Shown here one piece after another: positions 41,882-51,012 of a stretch of DNA of 64,000 bases (positions are counted from its first letter, which is position 1; each line of letters begins with the position of its first letter). The notes beneath the pieces are model-generated. The model worked only from the letters and a program-made list of their open reading frames with translations. It was not told where the DNA came from and did no database searches. The translations under genes were made by a program, and so were the position numbers. Location of the stretch: positions 162,641 through 226,640 of the forward strand of contig JAQGDQ010000216.1 of assembly GCA_030141605.1 (NCBI GenBank), written 5' to 3'. This stretch comes from Tubiluchus corallicola (taxonomy: Eukaryota; Animalia; Priapulida).

Positions 41882-43375
41882 ATGGAAACAATACAAGCGA
41901 TAGCACTGCTTTTGGTTTTTATTGTCATTACAGCTCTTATGTCAAAACGTATTTGGCCTGCCTTGCTGGCTATGCCAATTCTGGCTGTTGCAGTGACTCT
42001 CATAGCAGGGATAAAACCAGATGATATTTTTGTTTATGTAATAGGAGAGGGATCTCTCAAGCTCACTGAACCCATCGTTATTTCAATGTTCGGAGGTGTT
42101 TTAAGTGTTATTATGCAAAGAACAGGAATCGCGGAAAACTTTATTAAAAAAGGAGCTGAACTTGCTGGAGATAAGCCAATGGTGATTTCAGTGGTTATGT
42201 TGCTGTTTATTATTTTACTTTTCACAACGCTTGGTGGCTTAGGTGCCATGATTATGGTTGGTTCAATTGTTCTTCCAATATTAACATCAGTAGGAATTTC
42301 CCGGCTTACAGCTTCGGTAATAATGCTACTGGGAGTAAACATGGGAGGGATGTTCAATGTTGGCAACTGGAGCCTGTATATGCGATCATTGGGGCTTTCA
42401 CAATTCGAAGTTCAACGTTTTGTGATGATCATGTTTGTTATCGTCTTTATAGGCTCTCTAATTTATCTGGGGATACAGCTTTATCATGATGGCTTTAATG
42501 TTTCAGCAAAGAAGGTTGTCTTGAACATATTAATTTTTATTGGCGCAGGGACGATAATTTTCTTTGTGAATAAATATCTGATTATTGATGAGGTGATTAG
42601 CGCCTTAAAGCGTATTTTTGCTCCGGTAAAAACCGGGCTATACTATTTGGCATATGCGGGTACTATCTTACTTTTTGCAAATGCTGCTTTCAGAGCGGTT
42701 TTAAATCGAAATAAGGATATCTCCAAAATCCATTGGGCATCGGTGTTTACACCTATTATTCCATTAATTCTGATACTTGTATTTAGTGTAAACTTTATTG
42801 CTGCATTTATCCTTGGTATCGGATATGCCTATCTAATAACCTATAAAAGGGATCATATTAGTGAATTACTTAAATCACTGATTGAAGGGGCAGCAGTTGT
42901 TCTTCCTGCTGTGGTTTTAATGTTTGGCATTGGGTGGATTCTTGTTGCAGTAAAAGGTCCAGACACAATGGCTGCTTCTGAAATGGTTGCTAAATATGGT
43001 GCTGAGGTATGGCCAGTTAGAAATCTGATGATTCCATTTGTTGAAAGGGTTGTTCCAAATGCCGGCTGGCAATATGTTCTCATTTTTACTCTGCTTGCCC
43101 CTCTGGCTCTTTACAGGGGTCCGTTAAATGTTTGGGGAATGGGATTTGGAATTGCTTCAATTTTTATGGCTGCAGGGATGCCATCAGGAGCGATTCTGGG
43201 GATGCTATGGTCAGTTGGTCAGCTACAAGGGATCAGTGATCCAACAAACCTTCAGAATGTATGGATTGCAAACGAAATGAAGATAGATGTTCAGAAGATA
43301 TTGTACAATACGCTTCCATATGCTTGGGTATTTGGACTTTTGGGTTTAATCGCAGCCGCAATAATATACTTTTAA
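41882..43375 (+). CDS. Inner-membrane permease (IT superfamily; citrate/gluconate transporter-like)
   Basis: More than 12 hydrophobic segments, TGIAENFIKKGAELAGDKP, LALYRGPLNVWGMG and DPTN motifs. ATG 41882 preferred. Confidence 0.75.
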   Translation: METIQAIALLLVFIVITALMSKRIWPALLAMPILAVAVTLIAGIKPDDIFVYVIGEGSLKLTEPIVISMFGGVLSVIMQRTGIAENFIKKGAELAGDKPMVISVVMLLFIILLFTTLGGLGAMIMVGSIVLPILTSVGISRLTASVIMLLGVNMGGMFNVGNWSLYMRSLGLSQFEVQRFVMIMFVIVFIGSLIYLGIQLYHDGFNVSAKKVVLNILIFIGAGTIIFFVNKYLIIDEVISALKRIFAPVKTGLYYLAYAGTILLFANAAFRAVLNRNKDISKIHWASVFTPIIPLILILVFSVNFIAAFILGIGYAYLITYKRDHISELLKSLIEGAAVVLPAVVLMFGIGWILVAVKGPDTMAASEMVAKYGAEVWPVRNLMIPFVERVVPNAGWQYVLIFTLLAPLALYRGPLNVWGMGFGIASIFMAAGMPSGAILGMLWSVGQLQGISDPTNLQNVWIANEMKIDVQKILYNTLPYAWVFGLLGLIAAAIIYF

Positions 43376-43386
43376 TGGATTAGAGC

Positions 43387-45531
43387 ATGAAAAAAGTAAA
43401 AGTAGGTATAGATGTAGGTGGCACATTCACACATGCCGTTGCAGTTAATGTTGATGATTTCAGTATTATTGGGAAGTCATGTGTTCCAACGACACATAAT
43501 TCGAAACAAGGTGTTGCTGAAGGAGTAATTAATTCGATGTTTCAGCTATTAGAGGATGCTAAGATTAATCCTGATGAAATTGTATTAATTGCACATTCTA
43601 CAACACAGGCTACCAACGCACTATTAGAAGGTGATGTAGCAAAGGTGGGTATTATTACACTTGGACAGGGAGTTGAAGGTAGTATTGCTAAAAAGCAGGC
43701 CTATATCGATGATATTGAATTGGCACCAGGGAAAAAGCTCCAGGTTTGTTTTAGGTATCTAAGCACATCTCAGGAGGTAACTAATGAGAGAATTAACAAG
43801 GCAATAGATGAGCTTGTAAGCGAGGGAGCGGAGGTTTTTGTCGCAACGGAAGCTTTCGGTCCTGATAATAATGAAAATGAGTTGCGAGTAGCAAGGGTTG
43901 CAACCGATCGTGGATTTATGGCAACTGCTGCATGTACATTGAGTCAGTTATACGGACTAAAGGTGCGAACCCGAACCGCTGTAGTTAATGCCAGTATGAT
44001 GCCGAAAATGATCGAAACGGCAAATTTAACCGAGGAAGCTGTAAGAAAGAGCGGTGTTAAATCGCCACTTATGGTTATGAGATCAGATGGAGGAATCATG
44101 GATATCAGTGAGATGCGGAAGCGTCCGATATTGACCATGCTTTCCGGGCCGGCAGCCGGTGTTACGGCAGCTTTGATGTATGCAAAGGTCTCAGATGGGA
44201 TATTTGTTGAAGTGGGTGGAACGTCTACTGACATCTCAGTAATTAAAAACGGAATGCCACAGGTTAAGACTGCTCAAATAGGGAATAATCGTCTGAGTGT
44301 AAAAACTATTGACGTCAGAACAATTGGAGTTGGTGGTGGTTCGATTCCAAGATGGGATAAAGGAAAAATCCTTGATGTAGGACCACGCAGTGCACATATT
44401 GCAAACCTGGCCTATGCAGCTTATAGCGAGGATAGTGACTTTACAGCGTTGAAGCTTGAGAAAATACAACCTAAAGAGGGAGATCCTTCTGACTACCTCA
44501 AGCTAGTAAGAAAGGGCCAAGGATATACAATAACTCCCAGTGCAGCTTCCTACTACCTTGATCTGGTTAAAGAGGTGGGACATGGTGAGGCCAACTTTGA
44601 AGCGGTAAAGAATTCAATTGATGCGGTAGCTAAAGAAATTGGAATCAAGCCGGAAAAAATGGCTGAAGATATCCTTAAGGTATGTTCAGCAAAAGCTGAT
44701 AAAATCATAAATGGCCTCATTAGAGAGTATAAGCTGGATTCAAATTTTGTTGAGCTTGTTGGCGGTGGAGGTGGTTCAAGTGCTACTGTTCCTCATCTTT
44801 CCAGACATATGGGTATTAAACATATCATCGCCAATAATGCCGAAGTTATTTCTGCCATTGGTGCTGCAATGGGGATGATTAGAGATACAATTGAGAAAAG
44901 TATTTTTAACCCATCTGAGAGTGATATAGTGAAAATCCGCCAGGAGGCTATGGAGTCGGTCATAAAGATGGGGGCTGTGCCATCAAGCGTAGAGGTTCAT
45001 GTGGAAATCGACAATCCTAACAAAAAAGTGATAGCTATTGCAATAGGTACAAGTGATCTATCTGACAAGGGGGGTAAGCAAGATTTGTCAAGGAAAGATT
45101 TGCTTTTGAAGTGCGCCGATTATTTTAAAACGGATACTTCAAAGCTTGTTGAGTTTGGTTCAACAAGCATGCTAAATGTAATTGGTACTGAGAAGAGTAA
45201 ATCTCATTTCTTTGGACTGATGAAGGAGCTAATTCGATCAATTGTAATCATAGACAATGAGGGAACGATAAAAAGAAAGTTTCCAAATGCAAAGGTGATA
45301 AAAACCAATGTTTCCAATGTCAAGGCCAAGATTAGTGACGCAATTGAGGAGTTGCGTTCATTTGGAGATGCAGGAGAGCTTATGCCTGACATTTATGTAG
45401 CGGTGTCAGGGAAAATCATTGACCTTTCAGGTCTTGTTGAGTTGGCTCAGATACTATCTCTCATTGAATATGACTTAAAAGATTTAATAAGCGATGCTGA
45501 TGCAATAGTTATCGCGGTAAAGAAGAAGTAG
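43387..45531 (+). CDS. Hydantoinase/oxoprolinase A-subunit-like ASKHA ATPase
   Basis: VGIDVGGTFT, HSTTQATNALLE, RTRTAVVNA, MRSDGG, SGPAAG, EVGGTSTDIS, IGVGGGS and VGPRSA motifs. Confidence 0.88.
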   Translation: MKKVKVGIDVGGTFTHAVAVNVDDFSIIGKSCVPTTHNSKQGVAEGVINSMFQLLEDAKINPDEIVLIAHSTTQATNALLEGDVAKVGIITLGQGVEGSIAKKQAYIDDIELAPGKKLQVCFRYLSTSQEVTNERINKAIDELVSEGAEVFVATEAFGPDNNENELRVARVATDRGFMATAACTLSQLYGLKVRTRTAVVNASMMPKMIETANLTEEAVRKSGVKSPLMVMRSDGGIMDISEMRKRPILTMLSGPAAGVTAALMYAKVSDGIFVEVGGTSTDISVIKNGMPQVKTAQIGNNRLSVKTIDVRTIGVGGGSIPRWDKGKILDVGPRSAHIANLAYAAYSEDSDFTALKLEKIQPKEGDPSDYLKLVRKGQGYTITPSAASYYLDLVKEVGHGEANFEAVKNSIDAVAKEIGIKPEKMAEDILKVCSAKADKIINGLIREYKLDSNFVELVGGGGGSSATVPHLSRHMGIKHIIANNAEVISAIGAAMGMIRDTIEKSIFNPSESDIVKIRQEAMESVIKMGAVPSSVEVHVEIDNPNKKVIAIAIGTSDLSDKGGKQDLSRKDLLLKCADYFKTDTSKLVEFGSTSMLNVIGTEKSKSHFFGLMKELIRSIVIIDNEGTIKRKFPNAKVIKTNVSNVKAKISDAIEELRSFGDAGELMPDIYVAVSGKIIDLSGLVELAQILSLIEYDLKDLISDADAIVIAVKKK

Positions 45532-45532
45532 G

Positions 45533-46252
45533 ATGGAATCTAAATTCAAACATATCATTTGGGGAGCATCACTCAGGGGTATTGAAAAAGCCATTGAGCT
45601 GCAATCAGCTGGAGAGAGCCTGATTCTCTTAAATAAATTAGGATTTCCCGGAGGTAAATATACTGAGAGCTTAGCATGCCATGTTCCTAAAGAAGAAATT
45701 GAGGCAGACTTTATCAAAATTAAAGTAGGCGAATCATTAAGAGAACTAAAATATGGAATAATTCATGAGAGTAAGGGTAGTTATATCGTTCATCCGGAAG
45801 CAGTAAAACGGGTGTGCTGGGATTTAATAAGGCTTCATGAAATCAATGTTCTATTTCATGTAAATCCTTTGGAAATTCACCGAAGCGATTCTCATACCAG
45901 ATTAACGCTATTTGGGCGAGAAGGGAAAATTACTGTTGAAGGAGAAAATTTTCATGACTATTCAGACGATAAATATTTCTCAACACATAGGGGGTCGGAT
46001 AGGCACTTGCTACGAGCCAATTGCTTCTTCAGGCATATTGATTCAAAATTTATAAGTGAAATTGATTTCAAGACTATTGTGCCGTGTGAATTAGGACATT
46101 ATGTAAGCCTTGAAAAAGAGGTTGATTCTCCAGAAAATATTGAGATGGAGTTTAACAAGATGCTGGACCAAATGACTGTGCATGCATGGGAGAAGTTCAA
46201 CTCGAGGGTCCTAATGTTGCCAGCTTACCCTGAAATTATTACAAACTATTAA
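45533..46252 (+). CDS. Degenerate FAD-dependent oxidoreductase homologue
   Basis: The N-terminus aligns by eye with the 46928 protein (IIWGASLRGIEKAIEL..LILLNKLGFPGG..T), but GxGxxG is altered and the C-terminal half is absent. Confidence 0.55.
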   Translation: MESKFKHIIWGASLRGIEKAIELQSAGESLILLNKLGFPGGKYTESLACHVPKEEIEADFIKIKVGESLRELKYGIIHESKGSYIVHPEAVKRVCWDLIRLHEINVLFHVNPLEIHRSDSHTRLTLFGREGKITVEGENFHDYSDDKYFSTHRGSDRHLLRANCFFRHIDSKFISEIDFKTIVPCELGHYVSLEKEVDSPENIEMEFNKMLDQMTVHAWEKFNSRVLMLPAYPEIITNY

Positions 46253-46254
46253 TA

Positions 46255-46950
46255 ATGAATGTTTTTTTTAAAAAAATATATAAAGGATTAATTGTATCCT
46301 GTCAGGCTGAAGGAGAGTCTCCATTCAATAATCCCGATGACGTTGCAAAATTTGCTATTGCTGCCAAAATGGGGGGAGCGGTGGCTATTCGTACTGAAGG
46401 GGTTGATAAAACGAGTAGTGTTCTGAAAAAGGTTGATTTACCTGTTATCGCACTTAAAAAGTCTTCTTTTAGTGATGGTTATGTTAGAATAACCGGAAGC
46501 TTTCAGGATGTGGAGAATCTGTTATCCGCCGGAAGTAATATGATAGCTATTGACGGCACTTACAGAAAACGTGAAGAGTTAACGGGTCCTGCATTTATAT
46601 CAGAGGTTAAAAAACGCTACAAGTGTATGGTTATGGCTGATGTAGCAACTTTAGCTGAGGCGAGGGCATGTTATGAAGTGGGAGCCGATTGTTTGTCAAC
46701 TACCTTAAATGGCTATACCCCTGAAACAGAAGACCAGCTGTCAGATGGTCCGAATTTTAAGTTTCTGGAAGTGTTGGTAAATGAGTTTAGAAATGATATT
46801 CCCGTAATTGGAGAAGGAAGGTTTAATGCCCCTGATCTTGCTCGTAAGGCAATAAGTATGGGAGCCTGGGCAGTTGTGGTTGGATCAGCCATAACTCGTC
46901 CACAAGTGATCACAAAATGGTTTAAGGATGCGTTTGAAAAAGAAGTATGA
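46255..46950 (+). CDS. nanE: N-acetylmannosamine-6-phosphate 2-epimerase
   Basis: GLIVSCQA, GGAVAIR, LPVIALKK, VRIT, MADV, TTLNGYT, EGR and VVVGSAITRP motifs. Confidence 0.92.
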   Translation: MNVFFKKIYKGLIVSCQAEGESPFNNPDDVAKFAIAAKMGGAVAIRTEGVDKTSSVLKKVDLPVIALKKSSFSDGYVRITGSFQDVENLLSAGSNMIAIDGTYRKREELTGPAFISEVKKRYKCMVMADVATLAEARACYEVGADCLSTTLNGYTPETEDQLSDGPNFKFLEVLVNEFRNDIPVIGEGRFNAPDLARKAISMGAWAVVVGSAITRPQVITKWFKDAFEKEV

Positions 46951-48247
46951 TATAATTGTTGCCGGAGCGGGAATTGCTGGAATATCCGCTGCCATCAAAG
47001 CTGCCTCGATGGGGAGCTCGGTTCTGTTAGTTGAGCATTACCCTTTTCTGGGAGGAATGTCAACTGCAGGTATGGTTTCTCCCTTCATGAAATCGGAGAC
47101 TGGTGGAGTTGAATTGGTAAGAGGCGTTTATAAGATAATTGAGAAGTGTTTACAGAGAATGGGAGGTATGATTGATAATGGTTTTTATTCATGGGCTTTC
47201 CGATCTGTTGCCAACACCCTTCTTTGGCAAAACAATGTGGATATTGCGTTTAATTCTGATTTAACGGAGGTGTTGAGATTTGACAATAAAATCAGTTCTG
47301 TTAAAATATCCACTCATAATGGAGAGAAGGAGATAAAAGCTGAGCAGTTTATAGACACCACCGGAGATGCACAATTACTTAGTCTGGGAGATTTCTCCTA
47401 TCTAAAAGGGGATGAGCAGTCAGGCCAGTTACAGGCATTGACCTTATTTTTTAGGATGGGGGGTATAGATGTTCATAAGACGGCAGAGTACGCCCGAAAA
47501 AACCAAGATGATTTTTTGGAGTGGATGGATTTTAAATTTGACTTTAACCATATTGTCTCTATCGCGGGCTATAAAAGCTTTATTAAAAAGGCACAAGAGC
47601 AAGGGAAACTATCAAAAGAGGTTGAATATGTGTTTTTTACAACGCTACCTGAAACAGGAGAAGGATCTTTTAACTGTACGAACATATTAAGAATTGATCC
47701 CAGTTGTTCCGAGACTCTGACCAAAGCTGAATCTATTGGTAATCAGCAGGTAGCAGAGATAGTGGGTTTGTTAAATGCAGAAGTGCCCGGATTTGAAAAT
47801 GCTTACCTGATCGATACAGGAGCTCAAGTAGGAGTAAGAGAGACCAGGCGAGCGGAGGCAGAATATATGGTTACAGGAGAGGATATCATGAATGGCTCAA
47901 AGTTTGAAGATGTTATTGCAAGAGGCTGTTATGGAATTGATATTCATGGTCAGGAGGGAGAAGAAAGTAGGTTGGAGGACTTAAAAGAAGGTGTTTGGTA
48001 TGATATACCTTATCGCTCTTTACTAGTAAAAGATGCGGAAAACCTGACAGTTGCAGGAAGATGTATTGGGTCTACACGCGAAGGGCACAGTGCTTTAAGA
48101 ATTATGCCTACTGCATCGGCAACAGGAGAAGCCTGTGGTGCTGCAGCTGCCATAGCTGTGAGGAATAAGAGATGTATCAGGGAGATATCTTATCAGGAAT
48201 TAAGGGAAGAGCTGGTGTGTAATATTGAAGATGATGACAGGGGATAG
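46928..48247 (+). CDS. FAD-dependent oxidoreductase (FAD_oxidored family)
   Basis: YDIIVAGAGIAG, LGGMSTAG, FIDTTGDA, GVRETRR, IDIH, YDIPYRSL, VAGRCI and RIMPT motifs. Confidence 0.9.
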   Translation: MRLKKKYDIIVAGAGIAGISAAIKAASMGSSVLLVEHYPFLGGMSTAGMVSPFMKSETGGVELVRGVYKIIEKCLQRMGGMIDNGFYSWAFRSVANTLLWQNNVDIAFNSDLTEVLRFDNKISSVKISTHNGEKEIKAEQFIDTTGDAQLLSLGDFSYLKGDEQSGQLQALTLFFRMGGIDVHKTAEYARKNQDDFLEWMDFKFDFNHIVSIAGYKSFIKKAQEQGKLSKEVEYVFFTTLPETGEGSFNCTNILRIDPSCSETLTKAESIGNQQVAEIVGLLNAEVPGFENAYLIDTGAQVGVRETRRAEAEYMVTGEDIMNGSKFEDVIARGCYGIDIHGQEGEESRLEDLKEGVWYDIPYRSLLVKDAENLTVAGRCIGSTREGHSALRIMPTASATGEACGAAAAIAVRNKRCIREISYQELREELVCNIEDDDRG

Positions 48248-49658
48248 AATCATATTTGGAACAGATGGTTGGAGGGGGTTACTTGATCATGAAGTAAATC
48301 TTCAAAGTATAGCCAGAGTTGCTCAGGCTTTTGCCTCCTTTCTTAAAATAAATAATATACATAATCGCCCGGTGGCCATTGGCTTTGACGGACGAAAGAT
48401 GTCAAGGGAGTTTGCTCATGAATTTGCCAGTGTATTATCAGGAAACCAAATAAATACGTTTTTATCAGATAAGGTGGTTCCTACTCCGGTTCTTTCATAC
48501 TACACGGCAAGAAATAAGTTTAGTTCGGGGGTAATGATTACCGCATCTCACAATCCTGCATCTTATAATGGTGTAAAGTTCAAATCAGAAATTGGTGGCC
48601 CTTTTAGTACGGAGAAGACACATGAGGTGGAAAAGCTAATCGATAAGTTCCCAATTATGAAAAGCGAGGAAAATGTTGAAGAGGTAAACTTTCTTATAGG
48701 ATACATTGAGCATATCTCAAAGCTTATTGATTTTGATGTAATTCGCGAGGCCGGAATTTACCCTTTAATAGATTCTATGGCTGGAGCCGGCGGAAGTTTA
48801 ATTGAGGAGGTTTTAAAAGAGCAACAAATCAGTTCTAAAACTATTTTTGGTCAGCCAACTCATGACTTTTCAGGAAGAAGCGCAGAGCCGATATTTCAAA
48901 ATCTGCAGCCACTCTCTGAGCAGATACAACAAGGAGAATATTCATTGGGGATTGCTACCGATGGTGATGCCGATCGCTTGGGTGTTGTACAAAATAATGG
49001 GATGTGGATGAATATACAGGAGACCATTTTATATCTGTCGCAATACCTGATTGAAGATAAAAAGTTAGAGGGAGGCTTGGTGAAAACTCTTTCTGTAACT
49101 GATAAGTTATATGCTCTTGCACAGCTTAACCACTGCAGTGTTTCTGATGTTCAGGTCGGGTTTAAGTATGTTTCTGAAGAAATGGTATTAAAAAATGCTG
49201 CTTTTGGTGCTGAAGAGTCTGGAGGTTTCGGATTTCAGGGGCATGTTCCGGAAAGAGATGGAATATTGTCCGCTTTAGTGTTTATGGAAATGATGGCTAA
49301 GAATGGTTATCGGAAATTGGATGAGCTTATTCTAAGCAAAAGGGAAGAGTTGGGAAATGTTTTCTACAATAGAGTAGACCAGCCATGCCATAGGGAGGAT
49401 AGGTTAGAAATCTTACAGGCAGTAATAAATAACACTCCGGATAAGGTGAATGGATATTCTGTAAAGGAGGTATTAAGTCATTGCAGCAGTAGAGGAGTTG
49501 TAAATAGTGTGAAATTCAGACTTGAAGGGACCCCCCGGTGGTTGCTGATCAGGAGTTCGGAAACAGAGCCTATGATGCGTGCTTATGCTGAGGGTGAGTC
49601 AGATAAAGAAGTAATGGCGCTTTTAGAAGCAGGGAAAGAATTAATAGAAAAAGTATAA
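48225..49658 (+). CDS. Alpha-D-phosphohexomutase (PGM/PMM family)
   Basis: FGTDGWRG, ITASHNP, DGDADR, GAEESGG and RSSETEP motifs. The start is probably ATG 48231 or 48234. Confidence 0.92.
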   Translation: MKMMTGDRIIFGTDGWRGLLDHEVNLQSIARVAQAFASFLKINNIHNRPVAIGFDGRKMSREFAHEFASVLSGNQINTFLSDKVVPTPVLSYYTARNKFSSGVMITASHNPASYNGVKFKSEIGGPFSTEKTHEVEKLIDKFPIMKSEENVEEVNFLIGYIEHISKLIDFDVIREAGIYPLIDSMAGAGGSLIEEVLKEQQISSKTIFGQPTHDFSGRSAEPIFQNLQPLSEQIQQGEYSLGIATDGDADRLGVVQNNGMWMNIQETILYLSQYLIEDKKLEGGLVKTLSVTDKLYALAQLNHCSVSDVQVGFKYVSEEMVLKNAAFGAEESGGFGFQGHVPERDGILSALVFMEMMAKNGYRKLDELILSKREELGNVFYNRVDQPCHREDRLEILQAVINNTPDKVNGYSVKEVLSHCSSRGVVNSVKFRLEGTPRWLLIRSSETEPMMRAYAEGESDKEVMALLEAGKELIEKV

Positions 49659-49668
49659 TAGGTTAAAT

Positions 49669-50991
49669 ATGATTACAACTGGAGATTACGTGATGGAGAA
49701 AATAAGGGAGGGAAACAGGGAGTATGTTATAGTAGAAAATCCTTCCTATGTTTTCCCTCCTATTGACTATTATCCTCTTGCTACTCCTCTTAAAAGAGTG
49801 AAACAGTTGAGGGCTGTATTGATGGATATGGATGGAACAACTACAACTACTGAAGAGTTGTGTATCTATTCGCTTGAGACAATGGTCAGGCGAATGAGTG
49901 GGAAAGTGCTTAAGAGTGATTGGAATGGGCTTGATCATGTTAAAGATTATCCTCACATAATAGGAAACAGCACCACAAAACATGTTGAATATCTTATTGA
50001 GACGTATTCGCAAATGCTCCAAGATGTATTAATTCAGGCGGAGTTTGTAAAAGCAGCAATCTGGACGCTTAAAAATGGTCAGGATCAGAATCGCAAACAG
50101 GAGGTTATGCAAAACCTCAAAAAATATGGGCTCTCAAAATTGATTGAAGATTTTAATCAGTCACAGCTAAATACAGTAGAGCTTTATGCCGAAAAGATAT
50201 CAGAGCTAGACTTCACTGACAGAGTTAGCCTTGGAGTTGATATTTATTATGAAGTATATCATGAAATTCTGTCCCGTTTAAAAAGGGGTGAGTCCGAAAC
50301 AATAAAAAATGAGGTGTTTGGAAGCTCTGATGAGCAAAAAGACCTAATTGCTCCCATGCCTGGAGTAGAGGTGATTCTCCCAATGTTAAAAGGGTGGCTT
50401 GGTGCTGACATCAGCTATCTATCAGATTCAATTCTAAATAGCTATTTAGAAAAAACAGGTGAGAGTCTTTCCTCTTCAGAGAAAGAAAGATGTAATAGGC
50501 AGCTTGTTGAATTGTCAAATTATTTTGAGAGAAATCCTGTTCAGATTGGTCTGGTCACCTCTTCAGTTTTTTATGAAGCTGATATCATTATTCAGGAGGT
50601 ATTTCATGTCATACGTAAGCGTATTGGAAGGTCAAAACTGCCAAAGTCTCGTAAGTTTATGATACTTGAAAACTTAAAGGATTACCATAAAGTATATAGC
50701 ACATTTGTTACTGCCAGTGATTCAAGTGAGATTAGGCTTAAGCCGCACAGGGACTTATATAGTATTGCATTGCACCAGGTAGGGATATCTCCGCAGAATT
50801 TCGACCAGGTGATCGGATTTGAAGATAGTGAAAGTGGAACTGTTGCTATCAGGGCAGCGGGTATTGGGTGTTGCATAGCAGTACCTTTTGCACAGACATC
50901 CGCACATAATCTGGAAGCAGCAACAAGGGTCGTAAAAGGAGGAATTCCCGAAGCGTTAGTTGAATATAATATGTTTTTGGAGTTGAATTAA
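49669..50991 (+). CDS. HAD-superfamily phosphatase/mutase (beta-PGM/CbbY-like) with a very large cap
   Basis: Motif I DMDGT, motif II LVTSS, motif III KPHRDLY and motif IV FEDSESG. Confidence 0.8.
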   Translation: MITTGDYVMEKIREGNREYVIVENPSYVFPPIDYYPLATPLKRVKQLRAVLMDMDGTTTTTEELCIYSLETMVRRMSGKVLKSDWNGLDHVKDYPHIIGNSTTKHVEYLIETYSQMLQDVLIQAEFVKAAIWTLKNGQDQNRKQEVMQNLKKYGLSKLIEDFNQSQLNTVELYAEKISELDFTDRVSLGVDIYYEVYHEILSRLKRGESETIKNEVFGSSDEQKDLIAPMPGVEVILPMLKGWLGADISYLSDSILNSYLEKTGESLSSSEKERCNRQLVELSNYFERNPVQIGLVTSSVFYEADIIIQEVFHVIRKRIGRSKLPKSRKFMILENLKDYHKVYSTFVTASDSSEIRLKPHRDLYSIALHQVGISPQNFDQVIGFEDSESGTVAIRAAGIGCCIAVPFAQTSAHNLEAATRVVKGGIPEALVEYNMFLELN

Positions 50992-51012
50992 TTAAGAAAG
51001 AGTAAAGAGAAG

